Assembly: GCA_043825855.1 (NCBI GenBank)
Contig: JBDRRJ010000007.1
Coordinates: 26,900-90,899 of the forward strand
From: Pseudomonadota bacterium
GTDB taxonomy: Bacteria > Desulfobacterota > UBA8473
DNA: 64,000 bases
Direction of reading: 5' to 3'
A program made the translations under genes and the position numbers. Positions 54,648 to 64,000 of this stretch are shown piece after piece. Numbering within the stretch: the stretch's first letter is position 1; each line of letters opens with the position of its first letter. The notes below the pieces were generated by a model. That model was not told the DNA's origin, did no database searches, and saw nothing but the letters and a program-made list of their open reading frames with translations.

Positions 54648-55688
54648 TTATCTCTTTCCTTCAGGATAGGCTTTCACATCGCTCCGGTGCAGAAAGTTGT
54701 TGATGGCGTTTGCCACCTGACCTGGTTGATCAAAGTTGTCAAAGTGGCTAGCGTTCGTTATCCACTGCATTTGGACATTCGGACATTCCATTGCTACATC
54801 TGCAAAAATGGTTTTCGGCTGGCTAGGGTCGCTGTCAGCCTGCAACTGCAAAACCGGAAATGGGAAGTTGTTCTTGCATATCTTCCTGATGGCAGCCTGC
54901 AGGTCCCAATTGTGGGATTGAAAATACCTGGGGTTAATTTCCGCTACGCCCGGTCTGGAATACTCATAAACCAGGTAGTCCCGGTCAATCTGTTTGAACT
55001 GGGTAACCATACGTTTTGGATAAACCTTATCGATCAACCAGCCCGCATCTCGATACAGGAAAGTTGCAAACCAGTGATTCTGAAAAAGGAGCCATTGCGG
55101 TTTTTGTAGGTAAACCGCCCAGGAGGGTTTCCCGCTGGTCGATCTCATGATCAGATCCGCTTCCATGCGTACAAAACCCCTAATACGTTCCGGGTGATCA
55201 CCCACCAATATGCTGCCGATAACCGACCCCCAGTCATGTGAAACAACGTAGAATTTATCGATTCCCAGGCTATTCATGAGTTCAATGGTCTGGTTAGCAA
55301 CATTGTGCCAATCATAGTTCTGGTCTTGCAGGTCGGAGCGTCCATAGCCCTTCATATCGACGGCAATCAGACGGTAATTTTGGTCTACCAGTGTCATAAC
55401 ATACCGCCAAGAGTACCATCCTTCCGGAAGCCCGTGGAGGAACAAGACTACCTTGCCATCTCTGGTACCTTCATCTACATAATGCCACTTGATGCCGTTT
55501 ACAACCCGATCCTGGTGATTAAAGAGGGCATCGATCGAATCGTGGGTTGATTGGAACCCTGCCCGGAACTGCGTATATTTTTCGGACAGGCTCTTAGCCC
55601 TAAGTGGGGAGTAGATCCAGACAAAACTTACCGCAAGTAACACAAATCCAGCCAGGATAAGACCGGATGCTTTCAGGAATTTTTTCAT
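54648..55688 (-). CDS. Alpha/beta hydrolase (epoxide-hydrolase/haloalkane-dehalogenase-like), membrane-anchored
   Basis: VVLFLHGLPEGWYSWRY and VVSHDWGS nucleophile motifs. Confidence 0.78.
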   Translation of the reverse strand: MKKFLKASGLILAGFVLLAVSFVWIYSPLRAKSLSEKYTQFRAGFQSTHDSIDALFNHQDRVVNGIKWHYVDEGTRDGKVVLFLHGLPEGWYSWRYVMTLVDQNYRLIAVDMKGYGRSDLQDQNYDWHNVANQTIELMNSLGIDKFYVVSHDWGSVIGSILVGDHPERIRGFVRMEADLIMRSTSGKPSWAVYLQKPQWLLFQNHWFATFLYRDAGWLIDKVYPKRMVTQFKQIDRDYLVYEYSRPGVAEINPRYFQSHNWDLQAAIRKICKNNFPFPVLQLQADSDPSQPKTIFADVAMECPNVQMQWITNASHFDNFDQPGQVANAINNFLHRSDVKAYPEGKR

Positions 55689-55784
55689 GACCTTACCTCC
55701 CTGGCACCATTGTTTCTTTGCCCCAGGTTCAATCTAAATCCAGAATAGGTTTTGTGAGCATAGTAGATGACCCTATTTATTCTA

Positions 55785-56015
55785 TCAGGTGACATTTTTG
55801 ACATAAACTGCATCTAATGGACAGGCTTCAATACAATCCCAGCATCCCATACACATATCATGAAATACCATAGGCTGTTCGAAAACCCCGTCGATTTGTT
55901 TAATCACCTTATGTGTGCATGCCTTCACGGCGGTGCAACGCCCTTCGTAAGGGTTGCATGTTCCGGGGCTGCATATATCATAATTCACTGTGGCGAATGA
56001 TTTTTTAGGTTGCAT
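55785..56015 (-). CDS. Small 4Fe-4S ferredoxin-domain protein
   Basis: CMGCWDCIEACP plus an upstream CSPGTCNP...C. These are two cluster motifs. Confidence 0.65.
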   Translation of the reverse strand: MQPKKSFATVNYDICSPGTCNPYEGRCTAVKACTHKVIKQIDGVFEQPMVFHDMCMGCWDCIEACPLDAVYVKNVT

Positions 56016-56105
56016 AATATTTCCATCACGGGTTTTTTGTAAAAGGCAAGAACATGAGAGGGCAAGAGGAGAACTTCCTATATTCCTCTTTGTGCTTCAT
56101 CGTTT

Positions 56106-56351
56106 TCACTCTTTGAGAAATAATTGATGATATTCAGGTTCAGTCAGATATTTTTTCATCATTTTACTTATAATCTCAAATAGCTCAGTTAAATCGTCAT
56201 CGGTCATCCGTTTCAGAATTGTTTCCATCAAATGGTCATCCGAAAACTTCTGCAGATACAGTTGCACTGTATCCTCATTGGACTTCCTGTCCAGACCATA
56301 CCCCTCAAAACCTTTAAACGTTTCTACAAAACGATGGGAGTGCTTTGTCAT
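56106..56351 (-). CDS. Hypothetical 81-aa acidic protein
   Basis: ORF only. Confidence 0.3.
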   Translation of the reverse strand: MTKHSHRFVETFKGFEGYGLDRKSNEDTVQLYLQKFSDDHLMETILKRMTDDDLTELFEIISKMMKKYLTEPEYHQLFLKE

Positions 56352-56870
56352 AACGACCCTCTATTTCCTATATCTACTTTGTATTCTCCACTTACAAACC
56401 CTTACAAGTGAGAGTATGGGACAAGTTTGCTTTTACCAAATAAATAGAACCGTTCCCATTAATTTTTTTCCATATGCAATGTTATACGGAAATAAATACG
56501 ATTATTTTTCTCTATGGCATTTGGTTCGGAAGATTTTAAGAAATTTTTATATCTTTTTGTATATCTCCACATTCATAGCGACACACAAAAAGATTACAAG
56601 CTACCGCTCAATTCCACAACTCAATGGGTTCCTTCCGATTCCTAAACAAAGACCATTTATCGTTTACCTTTGCCCACCTTCATTACCCACACATTACCCG
56701 CTCGTAAGGCATAACATATTTTTATTGTAATATTACACTTGTTTACAATCTAGGATTGTCTTTGTCAATAAAAAAGGGGCTTTACTTTTGTTAATAGTAT
56801 AAATATCCAATAGAAAAATCAAACGGATTAGTAACAGTGGCAGGTTCTGTGAACAGTAATTCTTTCAGAC

Positions 56871-59150
56871 CTAATTGGAATCAACATCGGCGTATGATTT
56901 GGAAAGCTGTCCGTCGAATTGGAACGATTCATTAAAGATTTCGAGGAGCTTGATGTTCTGCTTGGTCATCATGAGACAGTTGCCCATAACAGCATAGTAG
57001 AGGATGCTGAGGCGCGTCTTGGATGTTTCGTCTATTATGCGACTTGCCTGGACATTATTGAATTGATCCGCCAGGTTCCTCATGTAATAGTACTCGTCGA
57101 TTATGTGCTTATAGTCAACAATCTTTCGTTCCTTGAAGATGTTTTCCACTTTTTCAAGGACATCCATAATGCAGGCCTTTATCTGTTTGAGTTCCTCTAT
57201 CTGGACATCCAGAAGTCCTTTATGCTTGTTGCTGGTATGGAGAAAGGAGCGCAGGACAATGTCCCTGTGCCCGTCGGACAGTTTCTGAAGCCGTCTGATG
57301 GTCTGTGCATACTTGTGGGATATCTTGTCGTCTTTTTTCTGAATCAGCCGCATGACCTTGAATACATTGGCCATGATGATATTGGCACTTACCTGAATCT
57401 GTTTTATCTTTTTTTTCTGTTTATTTAAGATGTTGATATCCCTGTTGAACAGGGCCTCTAATGAAACATCGAGGGATTCCCTGATTTCTTTGAGCAGGTA
57501 TGCCATATGCTCAAACGTGTTTGCGATCGACATGTGCGGATCACGGATTTTTTTGAGATTGAAGATATTTATCTCTGTCTTTTTTTTCTCACGATCCCTG
57601 TGTACCCAATGATTATGCCGGATAACGGCCACCGCGAGGAATATTAGAATTATGATGCCGGGCACTTTGAAATAATGTACGATATTTGCAAAGACAAAGG
57701 CGGTTACAAAGGCTATTAAAGCTGTCATAAACCATCCGCCTATCACCGTCAGAACCCCTGTTACACGGTAAACAGCGCTCTCCCTGCCCCATGCCTGATC
57801 GGAGAATGATGTTCCCATAGCCACCATGAAGGTCACGTAAGTGGTCGAAAGAGGGAGTTTCATCGAAGTTGCAAAGGATATCAAAGCACTAGCAACCATG
57901 AGGTTGACAGACGCACGGATCAGGTCAAAAGAAGGTTGGTTGTCCTGCAAAACGGCAGGTTCGTATCCACAGGGGTCTATGCGTCTGGAAACAAAAGCTC
58001 TTAAAACACGGGGAACGAGCTTGTTGCAGGAGATGAACAGGGAATGAATCATGCTGACAATGCTCCTACTGAGCCATATGGATTCAAATCGCTCTGTGCC
58101 CTCTTCCTGCTTGCCCAGACTTATCTCTGTCTCGGTGACTGTCCGGGCCTTTTTCGATAACCAGAGGGTAATTACCATGATGATACCGGCGGCTAGCAGT
58201 ACTAAAGTCTGGGACTGGACCTTCTCACTGAGGGCGGTCATGGTAATGCCGAGGGGGTCACTTGAGGCTATGGCGCTTTTATAGGCACTCAGACCTGCCA
58301 GGGGAACACCGATGAAATTGACCAGATCGTTTGCCGCGAATGCCATAGCCAGTGCAAAGGTCCCCACAAGCACTATGGGTTTCAGTATGTTTATTCGAAA
58401 GAAGGATATCAGTATCTGCAATACAAAAGCCGAGATAAGGAAAATCGAAAAGATGAAAAACGGGCTGTTGTTGCTGATCCAGTCGACCGCTTCCGGGGGC
58501 ATGAAGGAGGATCCTTTGGCGCCTTTAACGAGTATGAAGAATGTAATAGACGACATTGCAACTCCGCCCCAGACTGCACCATAACGCTTGAGTCTTGGTT
58601 GATAGTCAAAGGTGAAGATTAGACGGGATATAAATTGAACAATGGCTCCGGAGAAAAAGGCCACGACAATCGAGAGGAGAATGCCAAAGATGATGATCAT
58701 TGCCTTTCCAGTATTGATATAGTCCCCTATGCCCGTGGCGGTATCGGTAGCATTCATGATCTTTATGGCCGATACGGCTACAGCCGCTCCAAGAAGCTCA
58801 AAGACTATTGATACAGTAGTAGAAGTCGGCAGTCCGTGGGTATTGAAGAGGTCCAACAGGAGAATATCTGTGATCATAACCGCCATGAATAAGGTTATAA
58901 GTTCGGGCATTGTAAAGAACTGGGGGTGAAATATTCCCTTCCTGGCCACCTCCATCATTCCGTTTGAAAAGGTCACTCCGGCAAGAATGCCCAGGCTCGC
59001 TATAGTTATGATAACGAAAAGGGGGGCCACCCTTGAGCCGATTGAGGAATTCAGGAAATTAACCGCATCGTTGCTTACGCCCACAACCAGATCCAGCACG
59101 GCAAAAAGCAGAAGGAAGAGGACGGCCACAAATAAGAACTCAACGCTCAT
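56871..59150 (-). CDS. PiT-family inorganic phosphate transporter fused to a C-terminal cytoplasmic DUF47/PhoU-like domain
   Basis: Two GxNDxxN signature repeats (GVSNDAVNF, AANDLVNF) in an ~500-aa membrane domain, followed by an ~250-aa helical domain. Confidence 0.78.
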   Translation of the reverse strand: MSVEFLFVAVLFLLLFAVLDLVVGVSNDAVNFLNSSIGSRVAPLFVIITIASLGILAGVTFSNGMMEVARKGIFHPQFFTMPELITLFMAVMITDILLLDLFNTHGLPTSTTVSIVFELLGAAVAVSAIKIMNATDTATGIGDYINTGKAMIIIFGILLSIVVAFFSGAIVQFISRLIFTFDYQPRLKRYGAVWGGVAMSSITFFILVKGAKGSSFMPPEAVDWISNNSPFFIFSIFLISAFVLQILISFFRINILKPIVLVGTFALAMAFAANDLVNFIGVPLAGLSAYKSAIASSDPLGITMTALSEKVQSQTLVLLAAGIIMVITLWLSKKARTVTETEISLGKQEEGTERFESIWLSRSIVSMIHSLFISCNKLVPRVLRAFVSRRIDPCGYEPAVLQDNQPSFDLIRASVNLMVASALISFATSMKLPLSTTYVTFMVAMGTSFSDQAWGRESAVYRVTGVLTVIGGWFMTALIAFVTAFVFANIVHYFKVPGIIILIFLAVAVIRHNHWVHRDREKKKTEINIFNLKKIRDPHMSIANTFEHMAYLLKEIRESLDVSLEALFNRDINILNKQKKKIKQIQVSANIIMANVFKVMRLIQKKDDKISHKYAQTIRRLQKLSDGHRDIVLRSFLHTSNKHKGLLDVQIEELKQIKACIMDVLEKVENIFKERKIVDYKHIIDEYYYMRNLADQFNNVQASRIIDETSKTRLSILYYAVMGNCLMMTKQNIKLLEIFNESFQFDGQLSKSYADVDSN

Positions 59151-59360
59151 AATATCTTCCAGAAACTTTCATAGTGTATGTGGTATAAATGGAGTCTCAT
59201 ATGTCAATGCCTGAAATGACAGGAAATTGCTCGATGAAATAAAACTTAGATAGGAAAAAGTTGTTACTTATACTAAAAGAGAGACTTCCTCACATAGTTT
59301 GAAGCACTACACAGTAAGTGTCTCTGCATATTCATTCACCCAAACTGAAATATCTGGTAA

Positions 59361-60815
59361 TTACATAAAAAGTTGAACGGACTGTCTTGCCATTTCCAGG
59401 TATGGAGATGGGAACAGGCCTATTAGCAAGGTCCCGATTACTGCAATTATCAGGGCTATTGCCATAGACGGCGTCCATTTGAGACCCGGAAAGTCTTTCA
59501 CCGGTTCATTCATATACATCATTACCGTAACTCTCAAGTAGTAATAAACTGATACCAGGCTGTTCATCACGCCGATGATGGCGAGCCAGATATAACCTGA
59601 CTTAATTGCTGCGCTGAAAATATAGAACTTAGCAACAAACCCTGCTGTTGGAGGGATGCCGGCTAAAGAGAATATAAAAACAGACATCAGTAAGGCAAGT
59701 GCCGGATATTTAAAACCCATGCCTGCGTAATTATTGATGTCAAGATTCTCCTCCCCTTTACGACCATAAAGGATGATAACGGCAAATGCTCCCAGATTCA
59801 TAAAGGCATATGCTAACAAATAGAAGAGTATGCTAGATATCCCCAATTCATTTGAAGCTACCATTCCAACCATTATATATCCCGCATGGGCGATACTCGA
59901 ATATGCAAGCATTCGTTTTATGTTGTTCTGGGAAATTGCAACTATGTTCCCCAATGTCATTGTAAGTACAGCCGATATCCACAAGACAAGGTTCCAGTCA
60001 GGCTGAAGTTCCCAGAGAGAATAGAGGAACACCCTTACAAAAGCTGCAAATGCCGCTGCCTTAACACCGACAGACATAAAGGCTGTAACAGAGGTTGGGG
60101 CGCCTTCATAGACATCCGGGGTCCACATATGAAACGGGACGGATGCTATCTTGAAACCGAACCCAACTATTAAAAGCCCTATTCCGGCCAAAAGCATCGG
60201 GTCTTTCAGAAAAGCAGCTTTGCTCAGATGTTCTGCTATACCCTTAAGATCGGTTGTGCCAGTGGCACCATAGATCATTGCTATACCATATAAGAGAAAA
60301 GCAGAAGAAAAAGCACCAAGCAACAGATACTTCAATGCGGATTCGTTCGATTTGTTACTCTTTCTCAGGAAACCTGCAAGAACGTATATCGATATGGACA
60401 TAGTTTCAAGACCCAGGAAAATCGTTATCAGGTTTGACCCTATTGCCATAAACATCATACCTACAGTAGCAAAAAGTATAAGGGCGTAGAATTCTCCGTG
60501 GTCCATCTCTTCTTCTTTAAGATAATTTACAGACATCAAGATGGTTAGCCCCGCGGCTATAAGAAAGATAGTATTAAAAAAGAGGGAAAAATTATCTACC
60601 AATATCATATTGTTAAAGGCATATCTTGGGTTTCCCCACAGGCATATTGCGCTTAGAAAAGCGAATAAGATGCCCAATATGCTGAGATAGGCAGCAGGAT
60701 CCTTCTTCCCTTTCGGCAAAAATGCGCCGACCAGCAAAACAAGCATAGCAGTAATACTGAGTATAAGCTCTGGTCCTAAACTGACCACATCTATTTTAGG
60801 AATAACTAAATCCAT
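59361..60815 (-). CDS. nuoN: NADH-quinone oxidoreductase subunit N
   Basis: 14-TM antiporter-like subunit, in nuoL-nuoM-nuoN order. Confidence 0.88.
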   Translation of the reverse strand: MDLVIPKIDVVSLGPELILSITAMLVLLVGAFLPKGKKDPAAYLSILGILFAFLSAICLWGNPRYAFNNMILVDNFSLFFNTIFLIAAGLTILMSVNYLKEEEMDHGEFYALILFATVGMMFMAIGSNLITIFLGLETMSISIYVLAGFLRKSNKSNESALKYLLLGAFSSAFLLYGIAMIYGATGTTDLKGIAEHLSKAAFLKDPMLLAGIGLLIVGFGFKIASVPFHMWTPDVYEGAPTSVTAFMSVGVKAAAFAAFVRVFLYSLWELQPDWNLVLWISAVLTMTLGNIVAISQNNIKRMLAYSSIAHAGYIMVGMVASNELGISSILFYLLAYAFMNLGAFAVIILYGRKGEENLDINNYAGMGFKYPALALLMSVFIFSLAGIPPTAGFVAKFYIFSAAIKSGYIWLAIIGVMNSLVSVYYYLRVTVMMYMNEPVKDFPGLKWTPSMAIALIIAVIGTLLIGLFPSPYLEMARQSVQLFM

Positions 60816-60842
60816 ATAAATCTCCCCCGATTGATATACTCG

Positions 60843-62414
60843 TTACTTCTTTACAGTCAACCCTTCACTCTTATTTACAGCACGGATATTATTTTCTTTC
60901 TGAACACTCATCTCATACTTTTGTTTAAATGCATTTAAAAAATGCTCGACAGATGCCTCGGTTTTACCCAGAAATGTCTTTGGATAAAGCCCAATCCAGA
61001 AAATAAATATTAACATTGGGGCAAGGACACCTATTTCCCTTATGGAAAGGTCTTTGAGGTTCTTGTTCTTCTCGTTTGTAACCTCCCCAAACATAACCCT
61101 TTGGAACATCCACAGCATATAAACTGCTGCAAAGATAACCCCGGTAGCAGCAAAAACTGCATAGACAACATTGGATCTGAATGTCCCAAGGAGGATCAGG
61201 AACTCTCCCACAAAACCGTTCAATCCGGGGAGCCCGATAGATGAAAGGGTAACGATCATGAAGAAGGTGGCAAAAATAGGCATTACCTTGGATAGTCCTC
61301 CAAAATCTGCTATCATCCTGGTATGTCTTCTCTCATATATCATACCAACAATCAAAAAGAGAGCCCCTGTGCTTAGACCATGATTTATCATCTGTATTAA
61401 TCCACCCTGAACTCCCTGGATGTTAAGGGTAAATAACCCGAGCATAACAAAACCCAAATGGCTCACACTGGAAAATGCCACAAGTCTCTTCAGGTCCTTC
61501 TGCACCATGGAAACCAAAGCACCATATATAATGCCTATTATGGCAAGTATAGATATCAACGGGACAAAGTCGTAGGATGCTACAGGGAATAAAGGCATAC
61601 TGAACCTTAGGAACCCGTAGGTTCCCATCTTCAAAAGTACAGCAGCAAGCATCACACTGCCAACGGTCGGCGCTTCGGTATGTGCATCCGGCAACCAGGT
61701 ATGGAACGGGAACATCGGAACCTTAATGGCAAATGCCAGAAAGAAGGCAAGAAACAGCCATATCTGAATATTGTAAGGTACAGATAGTTCATATAGCTTC
61801 AAGAGGTTGAAGGTGTATTCTCCTGTTACGCCATGATTAACAAAATAGAGCACCAAGATAGCCACCAGCATCAAAAGGCTGCCAAACATCGTAAATAAGA
61901 AGAACTTTATGGCAGCATAAATTCTCCGGGCAGGGTTTCCCCATACCCCTATTAAAAGATACATCGGGATAAGCATAACTTCCCAGAAAACATAGAAGAG
62001 AAAAAGGTCAAGAGATATAAAAACGCCGATCATACCTGTTTCCAGTAAAAGAAGACATATCATAAATTCCTTGACTTTATCTTGTATGTCTTTCCAGCAG
62101 GCCACCACACATATTGGTGCAATAAATGTTGTGAGAAGGATAAGTAACAGGCTTATTCCATCTATACCCACAAAATAACTAATCCCGTATTCTTTAATCC
62201 ATGTAGTCTGCTCAACAAACTGCATATCGGTAGAACTGTCATTGAAGTAGAAAAACAGGGGCAGAGAAAACAGGAAGTTTATTAAGGTGGTCATAAGGGT
62301 AGTCCACCTTATCGTTGATGTCTCCTCTTTATTCATGAGCATTATAAAAACCACTCCAAGGGCGGGGAGGAATGTTATCAGGGTCAATATAGGAAAATCT
62401 AACTGATTCATCAA
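60843..62414 (-). CDS. nuoM: NADH-quinone oxidoreductase subunit M
   Basis: Antiporter-like subunit ~520 aa with conserved [11 protein letters not shown]. Confidence 0.9.
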   Translation of the reverse strand: MMNQLDFPILTLITFLPALGVVFIMLMNKEETSTIRWTTLMTTLINFLFSLPLFFYFNDSSTDMQFVEQTTWIKEYGISYFVGIDGISLLLILLTTFIAPICVVACWKDIQDKVKEFMICLLLLETGMIGVFISLDLFLFYVFWEVMLIPMYLLIGVWGNPARRIYAAIKFFLFTMFGSLLMLVAILVLYFVNHGVTGEYTFNLLKLYELSVPYNIQIWLFLAFFLAFAIKVPMFPFHTWLPDAHTEAPTVGSVMLAAVLLKMGTYGFLRFSMPLFPVASYDFVPLISILAIIGIIYGALVSMVQKDLKRLVAFSSVSHLGFVMLGLFTLNIQGVQGGLIQMINHGLSTGALFLIVGMIYERRHTRMIADFGGLSKVMPIFATFFMIVTLSSIGLPGLNGFVGEFLILLGTFRSNVVYAVFAATGVIFAAVYMLWMFQRVMFGEVTNEKNKNLKDLSIREIGVLAPMLIFIFWIGLYPKTFLGKTEASVEHFLNAFKQKYEMSVQKENNIRAVNKSEGLTVKK

Positions 62415-62440
62415 CTAACTCCTTTTTGAATTTTAGGAAC

Positions 62441-64000
62441 TTACCTGAAAAGAAAATATGTGATAATGGCTCCTATGCCAATCAGTATAGAGAGAGCATA
62501 GTTTTGTACATAGCCTGTTTGAATCCTTTTTAAAACTGAACTGGTCCACAGTACAAGACGACCTGAACCGTTAACCATACCATCGACTACTTTAGCATCG
62601 AAGAATGTCCAGAGAACTTCGGAACCCCTCTTGATAGGGTTAACGATCAGAAAATCGTATATCTCATCAACAAAATATTTGTTTACTATAATGTTATAAA
62701 AAAATTTGCATTTTTCAGCTATTCTCTTGGGCAGAGATGGATTCTTTACATACATGTAGTATGCCAAAGATAACCCACCCAGTGCAATTGCCAGAGAGAT
62801 TACCATCATCAGGATTTCAAGACCGACAGGATGATGCGCTGTTTCTCCTGTAGAAACTGCCCCACCAGAAGCATAAGCCAGATTTGTCAGTGTAACATCT
62901 ACTGAACCTGCCATATGTTGTCCTGTAACCGGTGCCATAAAATCGTGGAAGACATTTGCTCCTTTTATTACAGGGATACCTACAAATCCACCGATGGCGG
63001 ACAGGATAGCCAGAACAACAAGCGGATTTGTCATGATACCCGGAGACTCATGAAGGTGTTTTGCTACATGCTCATCTAATCTTGACTCCCCATGGAAGGT
63101 CATAAAAACGGCTCTGAACATGTAAAAAGAAGTCATCAACGCAGCACCGGCACCTAATACCCAGAGAAGGGTATTCTTCTGGAACGCATACCAAAGTATC
63201 TCATCCTTACTGAAAAATCCTGCGAAGGGGAATATCCCTGCTATTGCCAGGGTAGCTATCAGAAATGTCCAGTATGTTCTTGGCATATGGGATTTTAAAG
63301 CGCCCATCTTTCTCATATCGAGTTCCCCTGCCATTGCATGCATAACACTTCCTGCACCCAAAAAGAGTAACGCTTTGAAGAATGCATGGGTCATAAGATG
63401 GAAGATTCCGGCACTGAATGCCCCAACACCACATGCCAGAAACATGTATCCAAGCTGACTGATTGTAGAATAAGCCAACACCCTCTTTATGTCGTTTGCA
63501 GCCAGAGCCATAGACGCTGTAAAGACAGCCGTGGCAATCCCAATAATGGCTACAACCGTAAGGGAGATAGGTGCTAATGTGAATAAAACATTACAGCGGA
63601 CTACCATATAAACCCCTGCGGTAACCATTGTAGCTGCATGGATTAAAGCGCTTACAGGAGTGGGGCCTTCCATGGCATCGGGCAACCAGGTATAGAGGGG
63701 TATTTGGGCTGATTTCCCTGTTGCTCCAACAAAAAGCAGAAGGGTTATAGCAGTTATTACCATGCTGCTGGTCTGAAAGTTATGGCGGGCAACATTAAAT
63801 ACTTCTTGGAAGTTTAAGGTTCCGAATGTGACAAAGATTAACATCATAGCCAGAAGAAAACCATAATCACCTACCCTGTTAACCACAAATGCCTTCTTGC
63901 CTGCATCCGCCGGCGCCTTATTTTGATACCAGAACCCTATTAAAAGATATGAACATAACCCAACACCTTCCCAACCTACAAACATCATAAGAAAGTTATT
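62441..64000 (-). CDS. nuoL: NADH-quinone oxidoreductase subunit L; the N-terminus lies beyond the window end
   Basis: WLPDAMEGPTPVSALIHAATMVTAGVYM plus the long C-terminal horizontal-helix region. Confidence 0.9.
   Translation of the reverse strand, partial: NNFLMMFVGWEGVGLCSYLLIGFWYQNKAPADAGKKAFVVNRVGDYGFLLAMMLIFVTFGTLNFQEVFNVARHNFQTSSMVITAITLLLFVGATGKSAQIPLYTWLPDAMEGPTPVSALIHAATMVTAGVYMVVRCNVLFTLAPISLTVVAIIGIATAVFTASMALAANDIKRVLAYSTISQLGYMFLACGVGAFSAGIFHLMTHAFFKALLFLGAGSVMHAMAGELDMRKMGALKSHMPRTYWTFLIATLAIAGIFPFAGFFSKDEILWYAFQKNTLLWVLGAGAALMTSFYMFRAVFMTFHGESRLDEHVAKHLHESPGIMTNPLVVLAILSAIGGFVGIPVIKGANVFHDFMAPVTGQHMAGSVDVTLTNLAYASGGAVSTGETAHHPVGLEILMMVISLAIALGGLSLAYYMYVKNPSLPKRIAEKCKFFYNIIVNKYFVDEIYDFLIVNPIKRGSEVLWTFFDAKVVDGMVNGSGRLVLWTSSVLKRIQTGYVQNYALSILIGIGAIITYFLFR

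Noticed and set aside
56278-56730. 150-aa plus-strand ORF in the 56.35-56.87 kb intergenic region
   Set aside because: It is low-complexity and overlaps the 81-aa minus-strand gene and its upstream region. There is no RBS. It is probably non-coding promoter space for the minus-strand genes.

Overview
This 64-kb window is AT-rich bacterial chromosome; the gene content (HdrC-like protein, DapL-type lysine pathway, NiSOD, nuo operon) suggests an anaerobic Gram-negative, possibly delta-proteobacterium-like. The first ~40 kb is mostly housekeeping. It carries cysS, lpxC, queH, polA, a cold-shock gene, argD-argG, a lysA-dapF-M24 peptidase-dapB-dapL-folK-SLT-pgsA cluster, tRNA-Gly and tRNA-Cys, and a GAF-type class III cyclase. 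It also holds a cobalamin uptake locus (riboswitch-btuFCD-riboswitch-btuB-tonB), a LysR regulator, panBCD, a DUF502 gene, miaB, a bifunctional-nuclease-family gene and uvrB. Three non-housekeeping items stand out in this part. One is a Sec-exported Ni-superoxide dismutase homologue whose promoter/operator-like 5' region is duplicated in front of an interrupted small ORF. Another is a ~115-bp intergenic repeat family. The third is a pair of related B12 riboswitches. From ~40.4 to 59.2 kb every gene is on the minus strand, and the block looks accessory. It contains an SH3-like protein/M48 peptidase/CHASE2 adenylate cyclase operon, trmO, an ABC-2 exporter with a run of tailoring-type enzymes (two alpha/beta hydrolases, an MBL hydrolase, two SAM methyltransferases, an NAD(P)-binding protein, a PaaI thioesterase), an NptA-type Na/Pi cotransporter broken by one in-frame TAA, a ferredoxin, and a PiT-DUF47 fusion. 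The block ends at nuoN-nuoM-nuoL; nuoL is cut by the window edge. I found no CRISPR array, integrase, transposase or rRNA. All functional calls are from motif-level reading of the translations. Nothing was searched against a database.
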